Positions 9,481 to 18,569 of a stretch of DNA of 60,090 bases are shown here, piece after piece. A program made the position numbers and the translations under genes. The notes beneath the pieces are model-generated. The model was given only the letters and a program-made list of their open reading frames with translations. It had not been told where the DNA came from and did not search any database. This DNA is from an uncultured Nitrososphaerota archaeon (GTDB lineage Archaea; Thermoproteota; Methanomethylicia; Methanomethylicales; Methanomethylicaceae), in NCBI GenBank assembly GCA_964477685.1, contig CAYZHK010000001.1, positions 1 through 60,090 of the forward strand. The letters run 5' to 3'. Position 1 is the stretch's first letter. The number at the start of each line of letters is the position of its first letter.

Positions 9481-10065
9481 ATGAGCGACGTCCTCCACCT
9501 GAGCTGGGAATATCCCCCCTGGGCCGTTGGTGACCTATCCCGGAGGCTCAAGGGTATCCTCCCGGGGCTCAGCTCCCTCTGCCCCCTTGCCCTGGTGGTG
9601 AGGGGGGACAGGGATGAGACCTTGCAGATGGACGGCATGAGCGTCTACAAGGCTGGCATAGCCGTAAGGGCTTCGCCCAACTTCATAGCCTTCTCCCAGA
9701 CTCTCAACGTCGAGCTGGCCCGGCGGGGAAGCGATGCCCTCCATTCGGAGCCTGGAATCGCGCTCATCCACACCCATGACTGGATCAGCTCCATCGCCGG
9801 GGTCTACCTGGCGACTAACTTCAAGCTACCCCTCATCATATCGGTCTATTCCACCGAGGAGACCCGGGCGAGGCCCCCATTGGGCGTGCTCAACAAGGGG
9901 ATCCATGACCTGGAGCGCTACTGCTTCCAGAGGGCCCAGGCGCTCATAGTCGAGACCGAGGAGATGAAGCGCCACCTCGGAGGGCAGTACAGGCCTCCCG
10001 TCGGGGCGGAAGTGTGCCTGACGCCAGAAGAGATCTTCGGCGTCTACCGGAGGTGGCTCGGATGA
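9481..10065 (+). CDS. Truncated GT4-like protein: N-terminal Rossmann half only, degenerate motif
   Basis: LSWEYPPWAVGDLS and THDWISSIAG match the N-domain of the neighbouring GT4 enzymes, but the ORF ends after 194 aa with no E-x7-E C-domain. Its stop overlaps the next start (ATGA at 10062-10065). Confidence 0.65.
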   Translation: MSDVLHLSWEYPPWAVGDLSRRLKGILPGLSSLCPLALVVRGDRDETLQMDGMSVYKAGIAVRASPNFIAFSQTLNVELARRGSDALHSEPGIALIHTHDWISSIAGVYLATNFKLPLIISVYSTEETRARPPLGVLNKGIHDLERYCFQRAQALIVETEEMKRHLGGQYRPPVGAEVCLTPEEIFGVYRRWLG

Positions 10066-11261
10066 GGGTCCTAATGCTCAGTTGGGAGTATCCCCCTCAC
10101 CTGGTGGGCGGGCTGGGGCGCCACGTCGAGAACCTTTCCAAACACCTCGCCTCCCAGGGCGAGGATGTGGTGGTGATGACATTCACCGACGGTTCCTCCC
10201 CGAAGAGGGAGCTGGTGGATGGCGTGAGGGTCATCAGGGTCAACCCCTACTGCCTGAGGTACCCTGACTTCATCACTTGGGTCCAGGGCCTCAACATGCT
10301 CATGGTGGAGGCGGCGTCCCAGGCCCCTGATTTCGACATCATCCATGCCCATGACTGGCTGAGCGCCTATGCAGGGATAGCCCTGAAACACATGGCCAGG
10401 AAGCCCCTGATAGCGACAATCCATGCGACCGAGATGGGGCGGCGAGGGTCACTCCACAACGATTCCGAACGGCATATCCACGAGGTGGAATGGTGGCTCG
10501 GCTTCGAGGCATGGCGCATCATCTGCTGCAGCCGCTACATGTCGCGGGAGATAGCCTCCGACCTGGGTTGCCCGCCCAGCAAGATCACCATAATACCGAA
10601 TGGGTTCGACCCGAGCTTCAGGTCCGATGCCGGAGCAGAGGGGCAGGATCCGGCTCCAAGAGCCGCCAATGGCTCTGGAACCTTCCTGTTTGTCGGGAGG
10701 CTTGTCCATGAGAAGGGCCCCCACCTCATCGTCAGGGCCGCAGGCATCCTGAAGGAGAGGGGGATCCGATTCGACATGGTTGGCGAGGGGGCGATGAAGC
10801 CTTTCCTGGAGGACATGGTCAAGAAGAGCGGCCTCAGGGAAAACGTGCGGCTCCTGGGGCATGTCTCGGAAATGGACCTTCACAGGCTCTACAGCAGCTG
10901 CTTCGCCTGCGTTTTCCCAAGTCTCTACGAACCATTCGGGATTGTTGCGCTGGAGGCAATGTCTGCGGGAGTGCCCGCCATAGTCTCAAAGACCGGCGGC
11001 CTGGACGAGATTGTGGAGGACGGCATAAACGGCGTCGAATTCACCCCGGGCTCGGCAGAGTCTCTGGCCAAGGCAATACTCCGCCTCATTGACGAACCCG
11101 CCCTCTACCAGAAGATAGTCCAGAACGGGAAGGCATCGCTGGAAAGGTATTCCTGGCCCATGGTGGCAGAGCAGACCAGGGCCATCTACAGCTCGGTCAT
11201 GGACGAATACGATAGGGGCCGCTGGAAGCCCTCGCTCCAGAGGCGCAGGTCTTGCCGCTAG
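10062..11261 (+). CDS. GT4-family glycosyltransferase, glycogen-synthase-like (second full-length copy)
   Basis: MRVLMLSWEYPPHLVGGLGRH, HAHDWLSAYAG and FPSLYEPFGIVALEAMSAG. The ATG at 10062 is preferred over the tracked 10014 start. Confidence 0.8.
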   Translation: MRVLMLSWEYPPHLVGGLGRHVENLSKHLASQGEDVVVMTFTDGSSPKRELVDGVRVIRVNPYCLRYPDFITWVQGLNMLMVEAASQAPDFDIIHAHDWLSAYAGIALKHMARKPLIATIHATEMGRRGSLHNDSERHIHEVEWWLGFEAWRIICCSRYMSREIASDLGCPPSKITIIPNGFDPSFRSDAGAEGQDPAPRAANGSGTFLFVGRLVHEKGPHLIVRAAGILKERGIRFDMVGEGAMKPFLEDMVKKSGLRENVRLLGHVSEMDLHRLYSSCFACVFPSLYEPFGIVALEAMSAGVPAIVSKTGGLDEIVEDGINGVEFTPGSAESLAKAILRLIDEPALYQKIVQNGKASLERYSWPMVAEQTRAIYSSVMDEYDRGRWKPSLQRRRSCR

Positions 11262-12211
11262 GGCTGGCCATTGGCCTGGACATAGGGGGCAGCTGGACCC
11301 GCGCCGCCCTGGGCGGTCCCGACGGCAGGATCATCAGGAGCATTGCACTGCCTGTGGAGGGGGGCAGCAGCACCTCCTTCCTGAACCACCTGGGCGAGCT
11401 GATAGAGAAGGCTGCCGGCGGGGACATGCGCTCCATCGTGGGGATCGGCGTCGGGGCTGCCGGCAGACTGGACATCTCCAGGAGGCGGATTCTCTTCTCG
11501 CCCCACACCAACCTGAGGGACGTGGACGTGGGAAGCCACATCCAGAAGAGGTTCGGGAAGCCTGTGGTCCTCCTCAACGACTGCGTCATGGGCGCCATCG
11601 CGGAGAAGAAGATAGGGGCTGGTAAGGGCCACAGCAACATTGTCTATGTCGGCATAGGCACCGGCATAGGGGGCGGGATGGTCGTCGATGGGAGGATCCT
11701 GCTGGGCAAGGATGGCAATGCCCACGAGATCGGCCACATGATAATAGACATGGAAGGCAGGCTCACCTGTACCTGCGGCGGCAAGGGGCACTGGGAGGCA
11801 TACACCTCGGGCAGCGGCATGGCGGCATACGCGAGGCTCCTCGCCAGGACCTTCGGCACGGAGACGCCCCTCTCCGCAAGGCTCGCGAGGTCAAGCCTGG
11901 GGAGCAAGGACATCTTCGACGCCCTGGGGGCTGGAGACCCACTGGCCAGGCATGTGGTCGACAAGTGCGCCCGCCTGAACGGCATGGCCTTGGCAAACCT
12001 GACGGACCTCTACGACCCGGAGATCGTCGTCATGGGGGGAGGCGTTGCAGTGAAGAACCGGAAGGCCGTTGTGGCGCCCCTGCAGGCCGAGGTGGAGAAG
12101 TACTCCTTCAACGTCCCGCCAAAGATAGTTTCCACGCCCCTGGGGGAAGAGTCCCCCCTGGTGGGCTCGGTTCTCTCTGTTTTTGAAGGGCTGCCCGAAA
12201 CCTGCCGGTGA
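11252..12211 (+). CDS. ROK-family sugar kinase (glucokinase-like)
   Basis: GLDIGGSWTR, GIGTGIGGGMVVDG, GNAHEIGHM and the zinc motif CTCGGKGHWE. Confidence 0.85.
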   Translation: MPLGLAIGLDIGGSWTRAALGGPDGRIIRSIALPVEGGSSTSFLNHLGELIEKAAGGDMRSIVGIGVGAAGRLDISRRRILFSPHTNLRDVDVGSHIQKRFGKPVVLLNDCVMGAIAEKKIGAGKGHSNIVYVGIGTGIGGGMVVDGRILLGKDGNAHEIGHMIIDMEGRLTCTCGGKGHWEAYTSGSGMAAYARLLARTFGTETPLSARLARSSLGSKDIFDALGAGDPLARHVVDKCARLNGMALANLTDLYDPEIVVMGGGVAVKNRKAVVAPLQAEVEKYSFNVPPKIVSTPLGEESPLVGSVLSVFEGLPETCR

Positions 12212-12216
12212 AATGC

Positions 12217-13206
12217 TTAGAAATGCTCCCTCAGGGCCGCCGCATAGTCCTCTGGCAGGGTGCTGAGCCCGACCTCCTGGCCGTAAAGCTCGAGCAGCGC
12301 CCTGTCCGACATGCCGGTCCCCGGCCTTGCCATCAACCGGACGTTGGCCCTGAAGGCCTCCTCGCCCCCCAGCACCGAATAGAGGCCCATGTTGACGGAG
12401 GCGACGCCGATGGAGGCATAGCCCTGGAGAACTCTCACAATCCCGTCCGCCAACCCCTCCAATTCCTGGCCATCCATGGCCATCACCGACGACCTCTCCG
12501 ATATCCCCAGCACCTCAAAGGCCCCCGACGGGGACCAGGGTGCCACCCAGGTGAAGCCTTGCGTCCCGCCTATGAACCTAGGCGAGGGCCTCTCCTCCTC
12601 GGCAAGCTGCGACCAGAAGTTTTTACCCTCGTTGCGGAAATAGGACCTGGACGCCTGCAGCAGCTCCCTGGTCCCTGCCAGCGGCTCCTTGGAGCAGATC
12701 ATCTGGAAATGGGGGTGGAGTATGGATGCACCGGCGGCCGGTAGGTGGTTCCAGCCAAGGAAGTGCTCCGGCAGCCCCACCTCGGCACACCTCGAAAAGT
12801 AGAGGAGGCCGCATCTGATGCCGTCCAGGATCTCCTTCCTGCGGAACCTTGCAAGCTCGATCTTGTGCTCGGGGGTGAAGACGCAGACCGCGTGGTTCCC
12901 GGCCAGGGGGAAGAGGTTTGGGAAGAGGGTCGCGCCGCCCAACTTGAGCCTCCCCTGGGGGAGGAACGATGGAGGGAACATGGGGGTTGCTGTATCCACG
13001 TTCTCAGGACAGAATAAGCACTTCGCCGCGCCGGCCGCCTCCACCTTTACCAGCGCCTGCTTGGGCCTCGCCGTCCTCGAGATGTTGATCCTAGCCCTTC
13101 TGCCCGTCAGCGGGTCAATCCTGACCTCGACCTCGCTCCTGCTCTCCGAAAAAGATGACCGCGGATCGAGGATCCTTACCTCTTCCCTGAACCTAACGAA
13201 CCTCAA
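12217..13206 (-). CDS. Galactose-1-phosphate uridylyltransferase-family (HIT-type nucleotidyl transferase/phosphorylase)
   Basis: CLFCPEN zinc motif and the HPHFQM histidine-triad-like active site. Its start overlaps the upstream GH57 gene by 14 nt. Confidence 0.7.
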   Translation of the reverse strand: MRFVRFREEVRILDPRSSFSESRSEVEVRIDPLTGRRARINISRTARPKQALVKVEAAGAAKCLFCPENVDTATPMFPPSFLPQGRLKLGGATLFPNLFPLAGNHAVCVFTPEHKIELARFRRKEILDGIRCGLLYFSRCAEVGLPEHFLGWNHLPAAGASILHPHFQMICSKEPLAGTRELLQASRSYFRNEGKNFWSQLAEEERPSPRFIGGTQGFTWVAPWSPSGAFEVLGISERSSVMAMDGQELEGLADGIVRVLQGYASIGVASVNMGLYSVLGGEEAFRANVRLMARPGTGMSDRALLELYGQEVGLSTLPEDYAAALREHF

Positions 13207-14746
13207 GTCCGCTTTTCTCCCTTGCCCCTGTGCGCTGCTCGGCTTCCCTTATGGCCCTCTCGACCTCTTCGACCATCGCCCCCCTGAGATTCTCAGGGAG
13301 CGGCTTCTGCCTCAGCGAGTCCAGCCACAGCGCCAGAGATCCGCAGCCTAGGACCTCCCCTACCCACCTTCCCAGGTCGCCCCTTATGGCATGAAACTCC
13401 AGCGACCTGTCGTCGATGACCTTCACCGCCTCCAGCAGCTCCCTGAGGTTCCTCACCGGGGTTCCCGGCGGGGAAGCCAGCCCGGCGGAGAACCTGAAGA
13501 CATGCCCCTCCGGCAGGCGCCCGTCCAGCATCCTGTAGTAGCTCACCGCATCGCCAGTCGCGGCGTAGAGGCGGTACCTGTAGTCGGAGAGTATCCAGTT
13601 GAAGGTCAGGAAGGTCTCAACTGCGCTATTGTAGGGGCTGAAGTAGCCCCTTGCCCCTCCTGCCTCCTCCCCCTTGGTGCCCATGTAGTAGAAGTGGTCG
13701 CTCATCATCAGGAGCCTCCACATCCTGAGGTACTTGTCCCCCAGTTTCTTTGCAATGGGCTGGACGTACCTAGCCACGTCAAAGCAGTACCTCTGCATCT
13801 CGTTCCCGAACCAGGCCGACGTGTCCTTCTGGCTGTCCACCCAGGATATGGTGGCCCCCTCATCAATGTCCACCTCGCCCACCGGCGTGCATCTGGCCAC
13901 GGCTTCGCTGGGAGTGGCGAAGGCCAGGTTCTCATGCTTCCTTACCTCCTTGGGGAGGTTTGCCAAGAAGCTGTGGATGCCGGTCTGGGGCCAGTGGTGC
14001 TCCCCGAATGCCGCGAGGTCCACCGCCACAAATATGACGTCCCCTTCGACCTTCGAAAGCCATTCCGCATACTTCTCGGGTGTCAGCGGGTATTCCGACC
14101 ATCCGTCCATCGAGAACCTGAAGCCGATGTCGTCTGAGAGGGCGCCGTTCCTCAAGAGCAGAGGAATCCCCGAATCCTTCGCCCTGTAGACATGGTTGGG
14201 GGACCTCCACACCGTGGCAGCCTCTGCCCCCTCGGTGAGCACTGCCTTGAACCCCATCTCGGAGAACTCCTTGGCTATGCGGTTGTTGTAGATGAAATCG
14301 GTGTTACCCACGACCGCCGGCGTGGCGCCAAAGGTGGAACTGAGGGTCTTCCTGTGGGCCTCAACCTGGTCCGCCATCTCCTTCGGGTCGTAGACGCCAG
14401 CAACGGTCCGGAAGTAGGGCTGGGCGACCAGCTCGCATGCCCCGGTCTTCACCAGCTCCCCCACGAGCCTCAGCACGTCCTGGCTCCACCAGGCGCACTG
14501 CTCCATCAGCACGCCCGAGATGCCCAGGGCACACCTGAAGCCGTCCTCCTTGGCGCTCTTGATGATGCCCCTGAGGGCCGGCATGTAGGCCCTCCTGGTG
14601 ACCCGGTCAAGCACATCCCTGTTCAGGTTATCGTCGAAATAGATCTCCTCAACGAGCCCCCGCATGTCGTACTGGGCCGACTTTCCAAGCTGGCGCCGGA
14701 ACCTCCGGGGCTGGTGCATCTCGAAGAGGAAGACAACATCCGCCAT
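13193..14746 (-). CDS. Glycoside hydrolase family 57 protein (alpha-amylase/AmyC-like)
   Basis: MADVVFLFEMHQPRRF at the N-terminus, FGEHHWP, 517 aa, in the glycogen cluster. Confidence 0.8.
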   Translation of the reverse strand: MADVVFLFEMHQPRRFRRQLGKSAQYDMRGLVEEIYFDDNLNRDVLDRVTRRAYMPALRGIIKSAKEDGFRCALGISGVLMEQCAWWSQDVLRLVGELVKTGACELVAQPYFRTVAGVYDPKEMADQVEAHRKTLSSTFGATPAVVGNTDFIYNNRIAKEFSEMGFKAVLTEGAEAATVWRSPNHVYRAKDSGIPLLLRNGALSDDIGFRFSMDGWSEYPLTPEKYAEWLSKVEGDVIFVAVDLAAFGEHHWPQTGIHSFLANLPKEVRKHENLAFATPSEAVARCTPVGEVDIDEGATISWVDSQKDTSAWFGNEMQRYCFDVARYVQPIAKKLGDKYLRMWRLLMMSDHFYYMGTKGEEAGGARGYFSPYNSAVETFLTFNWILSDYRYRLYAATGDAVSYYRMLDGRLPEGHVFRFSAGLASPPGTPVRNLRELLEAVKVIDDRSLEFHAIRGDLGRWVGEVLGCGSLALWLDSLRQKPLPENLRGAMVEEVERAIREAEQRTGAREKSGLEVR

Positions 14747-14871
14747 TTTGATCCCTTCGAATGATGATTGAACCCCGGGATATTTAACCTATCATACAGG
14801 GAGGGCTGCTTTCCGGCCGGTCGAAGATCGAATTATTATACTGTCCTTCACACAGGGTATCCTGAATCACT

Positions 14872-15945
14872 ATGAAACCGCTTCCCGTGGCCCGCTGGTG
14901 GCACACCGAGGGGGAGGGGGTGCGCTGCGACCTCTGCCCCCACCACTGCCTCATCGGGGCAGGCGGCACCGGCATCTGTGGGGTCCGGAAAAATGTCAGT
15001 GGCTCTCTGCGCACCCTCACCTATGGCAGGGTCTCGGTTATGGCGGTGGACAGCATCGAGAAGAAGCCCATCTTCCACTACCGGCCGGGCTCATCGATCC
15101 TTTCGGTCGGGACTCTGGGCTGCAACCTCGACTGCGACTTCTGCCAGAACTCCTCCCTGGCCCGGGGCAATCCGGCCCTGGTACCCTCGAGGCCCTACTC
15201 CCCCCGAGCCCTTGTGGAGGATGCCATGGGGAAGGAGGTGGACGGCATAGCCTACACCTTCAATGAGCCGGTGGTCTGGGCCGAATTCATCCTGGACGCA
15301 GCCGAGATCAGCAGGAGCAGCGGCCTCTATACCATGGTCAACACAAATGGCTACATCAGGGGGGAGGCGCGCGAGAAGCTCCTCGGCGCCACCGATGTCG
15401 CCAAGGTCGACATCAAGGCCTTCAGGGAGGAAAACTACCGGAAGATCTGCGGGGGGGATCTGGAGCCCGTCCTGGAGACCTGCAGGATGGCAAAGGAGCT
15501 GGGGGTGCACCTGGAGGTCGCCTACCCGATGATCCCCGGCGTCAACGACTCGGCGGGCGAAATGGCGCCTCTCTTCCATTGGATCCTGGAGAACCTCGGC
15601 AGCGGGACCCCCCTCCACCTCTTCCGCTTCTCCCCGTCCTACAGGCTGAGCCACCTCCGGAGGGAATCTCTTGCCACCATGCGCAGGGAAAGGGCGGCGG
15701 CGCTCAGGGCCGGCCTGAAGTACGTATACTTCGGAGGGACCCTCTCCCCGGAGGAGCAGAATACCCACTGCCCGCGCTGCGGCGCCCTACTCGTCTCGAG
15801 GGTGGCGGAGGAGACGGCCGAAAAGATCTATGTCCGGAAGGAGGAGATGAGCCGTTTCTGCCCCAGCTACTCGGACGTTAAGGTTCTCCTGAAGGATGGG
15901 CGCTGCCCCAGCTGTGGCGAAGCGATAGGGATAAGATTCGCCTGA
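14872..15945 (+). CDS. AmmeMemoRadiSam-type radical SAM enzyme with a C-terminal zinc ribbon
   Basis: N-terminal CDLCPHHCLIGAGGTGICGVR, radical-SAM CNLDCDFCQN, C-terminal HCPRCG...CPSCG. Confidence 0.75.
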   Translation: MKPLPVARWWHTEGEGVRCDLCPHHCLIGAGGTGICGVRKNVSGSLRTLTYGRVSVMAVDSIEKKPIFHYRPGSSILSVGTLGCNLDCDFCQNSSLARGNPALVPSRPYSPRALVEDAMGKEVDGIAYTFNEPVVWAEFILDAAEISRSSGLYTMVNTNGYIRGEAREKLLGATDVAKVDIKAFREENYRKICGGDLEPVLETCRMAKELGVHLEVAYPMIPGVNDSAGEMAPLFHWILENLGSGTPLHLFRFSPSYRLSHLRRESLATMRRERAAALRAGLKYVYFGGTLSPEEQNTHCPRCGALLVSRVAEETAEKIYVRKEEMSRFCPSYSDVKVLLKDGRCPSCGEAIGIRFA

Positions 15946-15951
15946 CCCCTA

Positions 15952-16992
15952 TTGATTGGGACTGCTATGAGATTCGACATCGCCTTCATAGGCTTCGGCA
16001 CCGTCGGCAGGGGGCTGGCCGACCTCCTGCTGGAGAAGAGGGAGTTGCTGGAGAAGGAATTCGGCATCGAGTGGCGCGTTGTGGCCATTTCGGACATAAA
16101 GGCTGGCTCGGTCATGGACGACCGCGGCATCGACCTGAAGGAAGCCATCCGCCTTGCCGACTCACGGGCAAGCCTCGAGACGATGCAGGCCGGGAAGAAG
16201 GGGCTGACCGCCCTCGAGACCATCAGGGAGAGCTCCGCCAACGCCGTCGTGGAGGTCACCTGGACTAACATCACCGACGGGGAGCCTGGCTACAGCCACA
16301 TGAAGGCAGCCCTCTCGGCCGGGAAGCACGTGGTGACGACCAACAAGGGCCCCCTTGCGCTCCACTACCGGGAGCTGGTGGCTCTGGCGAAGGCAAGGGA
16401 CGCCGCCCTCAAGTTCAAGGGGACTGTGCTGAGCGGGACGCCGGTCTTCAACCTCTTCGACGGCCCCCTGGCGGCCTGCTCCGTCACCTCCATCAAAGGA
16501 GTCCTCAACGGCACTACCAACTTCATCCTCTCGGAGATGGAGAAGGGGAGGGACTATGCCGACGTGCTGAAGCAGGCCCAGGGGATGGGCTACGCCGAGG
16601 CAGACCCGACCATGGACGTGGAGGGATGGGACGCGGCCGCCAAGCTGGCAATACTGGGCAACTACTTCTTCGGCATCGATGCGACGCCCGGCACGGTCAG
16701 GCGGAGGGGCATCACCGGGGTGCAGCCGAAGGACATCAGCGAGGCGAGGGACCGCGGCGAGAGGATTAAGCTGATTGCCAGCGCAGTCAAGGCGGACGGG
16801 GGCATAGACCTGGAGGTCTCACCGGTGCGCCTGCCCGCGGCGCACCCCCTGGCCAGCATCCCGGGGGTCACGAACGCACTGACCTTCACGACGGACTGCC
16901 TCGGCGACGTCACCATAGTCGGCCCCGGCGCGGGGCGCAGGGCGACCGGCTACTCGCTGCTGACCGACCTGATAGCTATCGCAAGGGGATAG
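15952..16992 (+). CDS. hom: Homoserine dehydrogenase
   Basis: IAFIGFGTVGRG NAD-binding motif, VVTTNKGPLA and GPGAG near the C-terminus. The ATG at 15967 is the likelier start. Confidence 0.85.
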   Translation: MIGTAMRFDIAFIGFGTVGRGLADLLLEKRELLEKEFGIEWRVVAISDIKAGSVMDDRGIDLKEAIRLADSRASLETMQAGKKGLTALETIRESSANAVVEVTWTNITDGEPGYSHMKAALSAGKHVVTTNKGPLALHYRELVALAKARDAALKFKGTVLSGTPVFNLFDGPLAACSVTSIKGVLNGTTNFILSEMEKGRDYADVLKQAQGMGYAEADPTMDVEGWDAAAKLAILGNYFFGIDATPGTVRRRGITGVQPKDISEARDRGERIKLIASAVKADGGIDLEVSPVRLPAAHPLASIPGVTNALTFTTDCLGDVTIVGPGAGRRATGYSLLTDLIAIARG

Positions 16993-17054
16993 CGCAGCGC
17001 CCATGGGCAGAGCGCGAAATGCATAAGAATCAGGGCGCTTTTGCTTAGGTCGAT

Positions 17055-17129
17055 GGGCCGGTAGATTAGCGGCAGATCACCTGCCTTGCACGCAGGGAGT
17101 CGTGGGTTCAAATCCCACCCGGTCCACCA
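17055..17129 (+). tRNA. tRNA-Ala (UGC), CCA encoded
   Basis: Acceptor GGGCCGG/CCGGTCC gives the G3:U70 Ala identity pair. Anticodon arm CCTGC-CTTGCAC-GCAGG. T-arm GTGGG-TTCAAAT-CCCAC. Confidence 0.9.
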
Positions 17130-17261
17130 TCAATTTTACCATAAAGCAACATCAAATTCAAGGTGAAAGTTTAGGCAGTGAGATTAAATATTAATCTTTT
17201 TTAATTGAATTCAACCCCATGCTAATCTAAGGGCAGTCATGGTAAAAATAAAAAAAGGTGA

Positions 17262-17927
17262 TTATACTGTTGGCGTTAGGGTCTTTTGGTCTGTCCAGGC
17301 TTCACTACCAGCAGGTCCCGTCTTCACAGTTATCGAAGGATTCTGATTTGACCAGTATGGGACCTTAAAGGACCAATTACCTACTTGGCCCTTTTGTATG
17401 GTGTAAGGGGCATCGTAGACTTTTTCCGATGCCATCAACCCTATCCCCATAGCATAGACCCTTATCGCTCCAGCATCACCATTGTTGATTATTGACATCT
17501 CGAGTTGGCCAGAGCATGAAATGCAGCCTTCTCCAGTAGTTCGCTTCCAAACTGCCTTTACGAGCTTTGGCATTACACCCATATGGTTCACCAGTTTAAC
17601 TATATGTATGCAATCTATAATAAAATTTCCAATGTTGGGGAAGGGAAGAGCCCAACCCAGCATTTTTCTCTTTTTCCTCAGACCTGCCCACAGCGGCTGG
17701 CGGAGCTCAATCCAGTCAGAAAGTATTGAAACTTCACAGACGCAAACGGATAGTCTGCTATGGGGGGGCACCAAATGGCAACCATGCTCGAGTAGATAAT
17801 ATATACAGTTCTGGTCATCGTCTATGCCATCATTATCGTCTTCGTGACAAAATCCACGAACAAAATAATGCAGAGCCATGGCATGGAGAAGATGGTGGCA
17901 GTTTACTACAACCGGAAGATCATCCAC
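17262..17927 (-). CDS. Orphan hypothetical protein in an AT-rich island (true start probably internal, e.g. Met89 at 17663)
   Basis: A 221-codon ORF is unexpectedly long for an AT-rich stretch. I recognised no family. Its first ~28 codons overlap the divergent gene starting at 17844. Confidence 0.4.
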   Translation of the reverse strand: MDDLPVVVNCHHLLHAMALHYFVRGFCHEDDNDGIDDDQNCIYYLLEHGCHLVPPHSRLSVCVCEVSILSDWIELRQPLWAGLRKKRKMLGWALPFPNIGNFIIDCIHIVKLVNHMGVMPKLVKAVWKRTTGEGCISCSGQLEMSIINNGDAGAIRVYAMGIGLMASEKVYDAPYTIQKGQVGNWSFKVPYWSNQNPSITVKTGPAGSEAWTDQKTLTPTV

Positions 17928-18449
17928 ATGGCCGCCGGCGGCGTTGTGGCGGCTCTGGTGCCCTTTCTCTTCGATTCATGGATATATCCTCTCGTGATCG
18001 GCCTGATTCTCACAGTCTTCACGGCTGTGCCCCATGCCACAGGAAAGCGCATGGACTTCATGCAGACGAAGGAGAACTGGAACGACGTTAAGTTCACCCT
18101 GATGTGAGGCCTGTCCATTGCCATCCTCTGGATCCTGTTCAACGAACCCTTCCTTACAGTGATCCCTGCGATGTTCATGGCCTTCGGCGATGGGATCACC
18201 GGGGTGGTCCGCAACGCCCTCTACAGGAAGAGGACAAAGAGCCCGGTCGGGAACGTCTTCATGCTGGAGGTCTGCCTGCTGATCGGCTATACATTCGCCA
18301 GCATGGCGGTCCATCCGATCGTCCTCTGGGCGCTTTTTGCCGCCATGGTGGCCTCCATCGTTGAGCGGTTCGAAATAGGCCCGATCGACGACAACGTGCC
18401 CATCACCTTGGCATCAATGATCATCCTGATCATCGGTTTCCATATCTGA
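17844..18449 (+). pseudogene. Polyprenol/dolichol-kinase-like (CTP-transferase-1 superfamily) membrane protein interrupted by one in-frame TGA (18105-18107)
   Basis: ORFs 17844-18107 and 18159-18449 are in the same frame and read through as ...DVKFTLM*GLSIAILWILF...AFGDGITGVVRNALYRKRTKSPVGNVFML... The second half carries the GD-x-A/T-x-x-V/G...K-S/T-x-x-G pattern of this family. Confidence 0.6.
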
Positions 18450-18569
18450 AAAGCGCCAAGGTAACTGAAATGTCGGGGCGCTAAATCCATTAAAAATGCG
18501 GTGGAGAGGCGCCATGCTGCCGTCCTAGGCAAAATGGTTATAGTGGCAATTGCTCACAGTTGCCCCTAG

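Noticed and set aside
17844-18449. Selenocysteine or genome-wide TGA reassignment as the explanation for the in-frame TGA.
   Set aside because: Many genes in the window (GT4 at 3069, malQ at 7080, glgB at 9145, and others) terminate sensibly at TGA. I saw no selenoprotein-family context or obvious SECIS-like element. A point mutation, sequencing error or local readthrough is more likely.
18450-18569. A hairpin GCGCC-N18-GGCGC after the interrupted kinase-like gene as a terminator or riboswitch.
   Set aside because: The stem is short with a large loop and no following T-tract. This is not enough to call a structured element.
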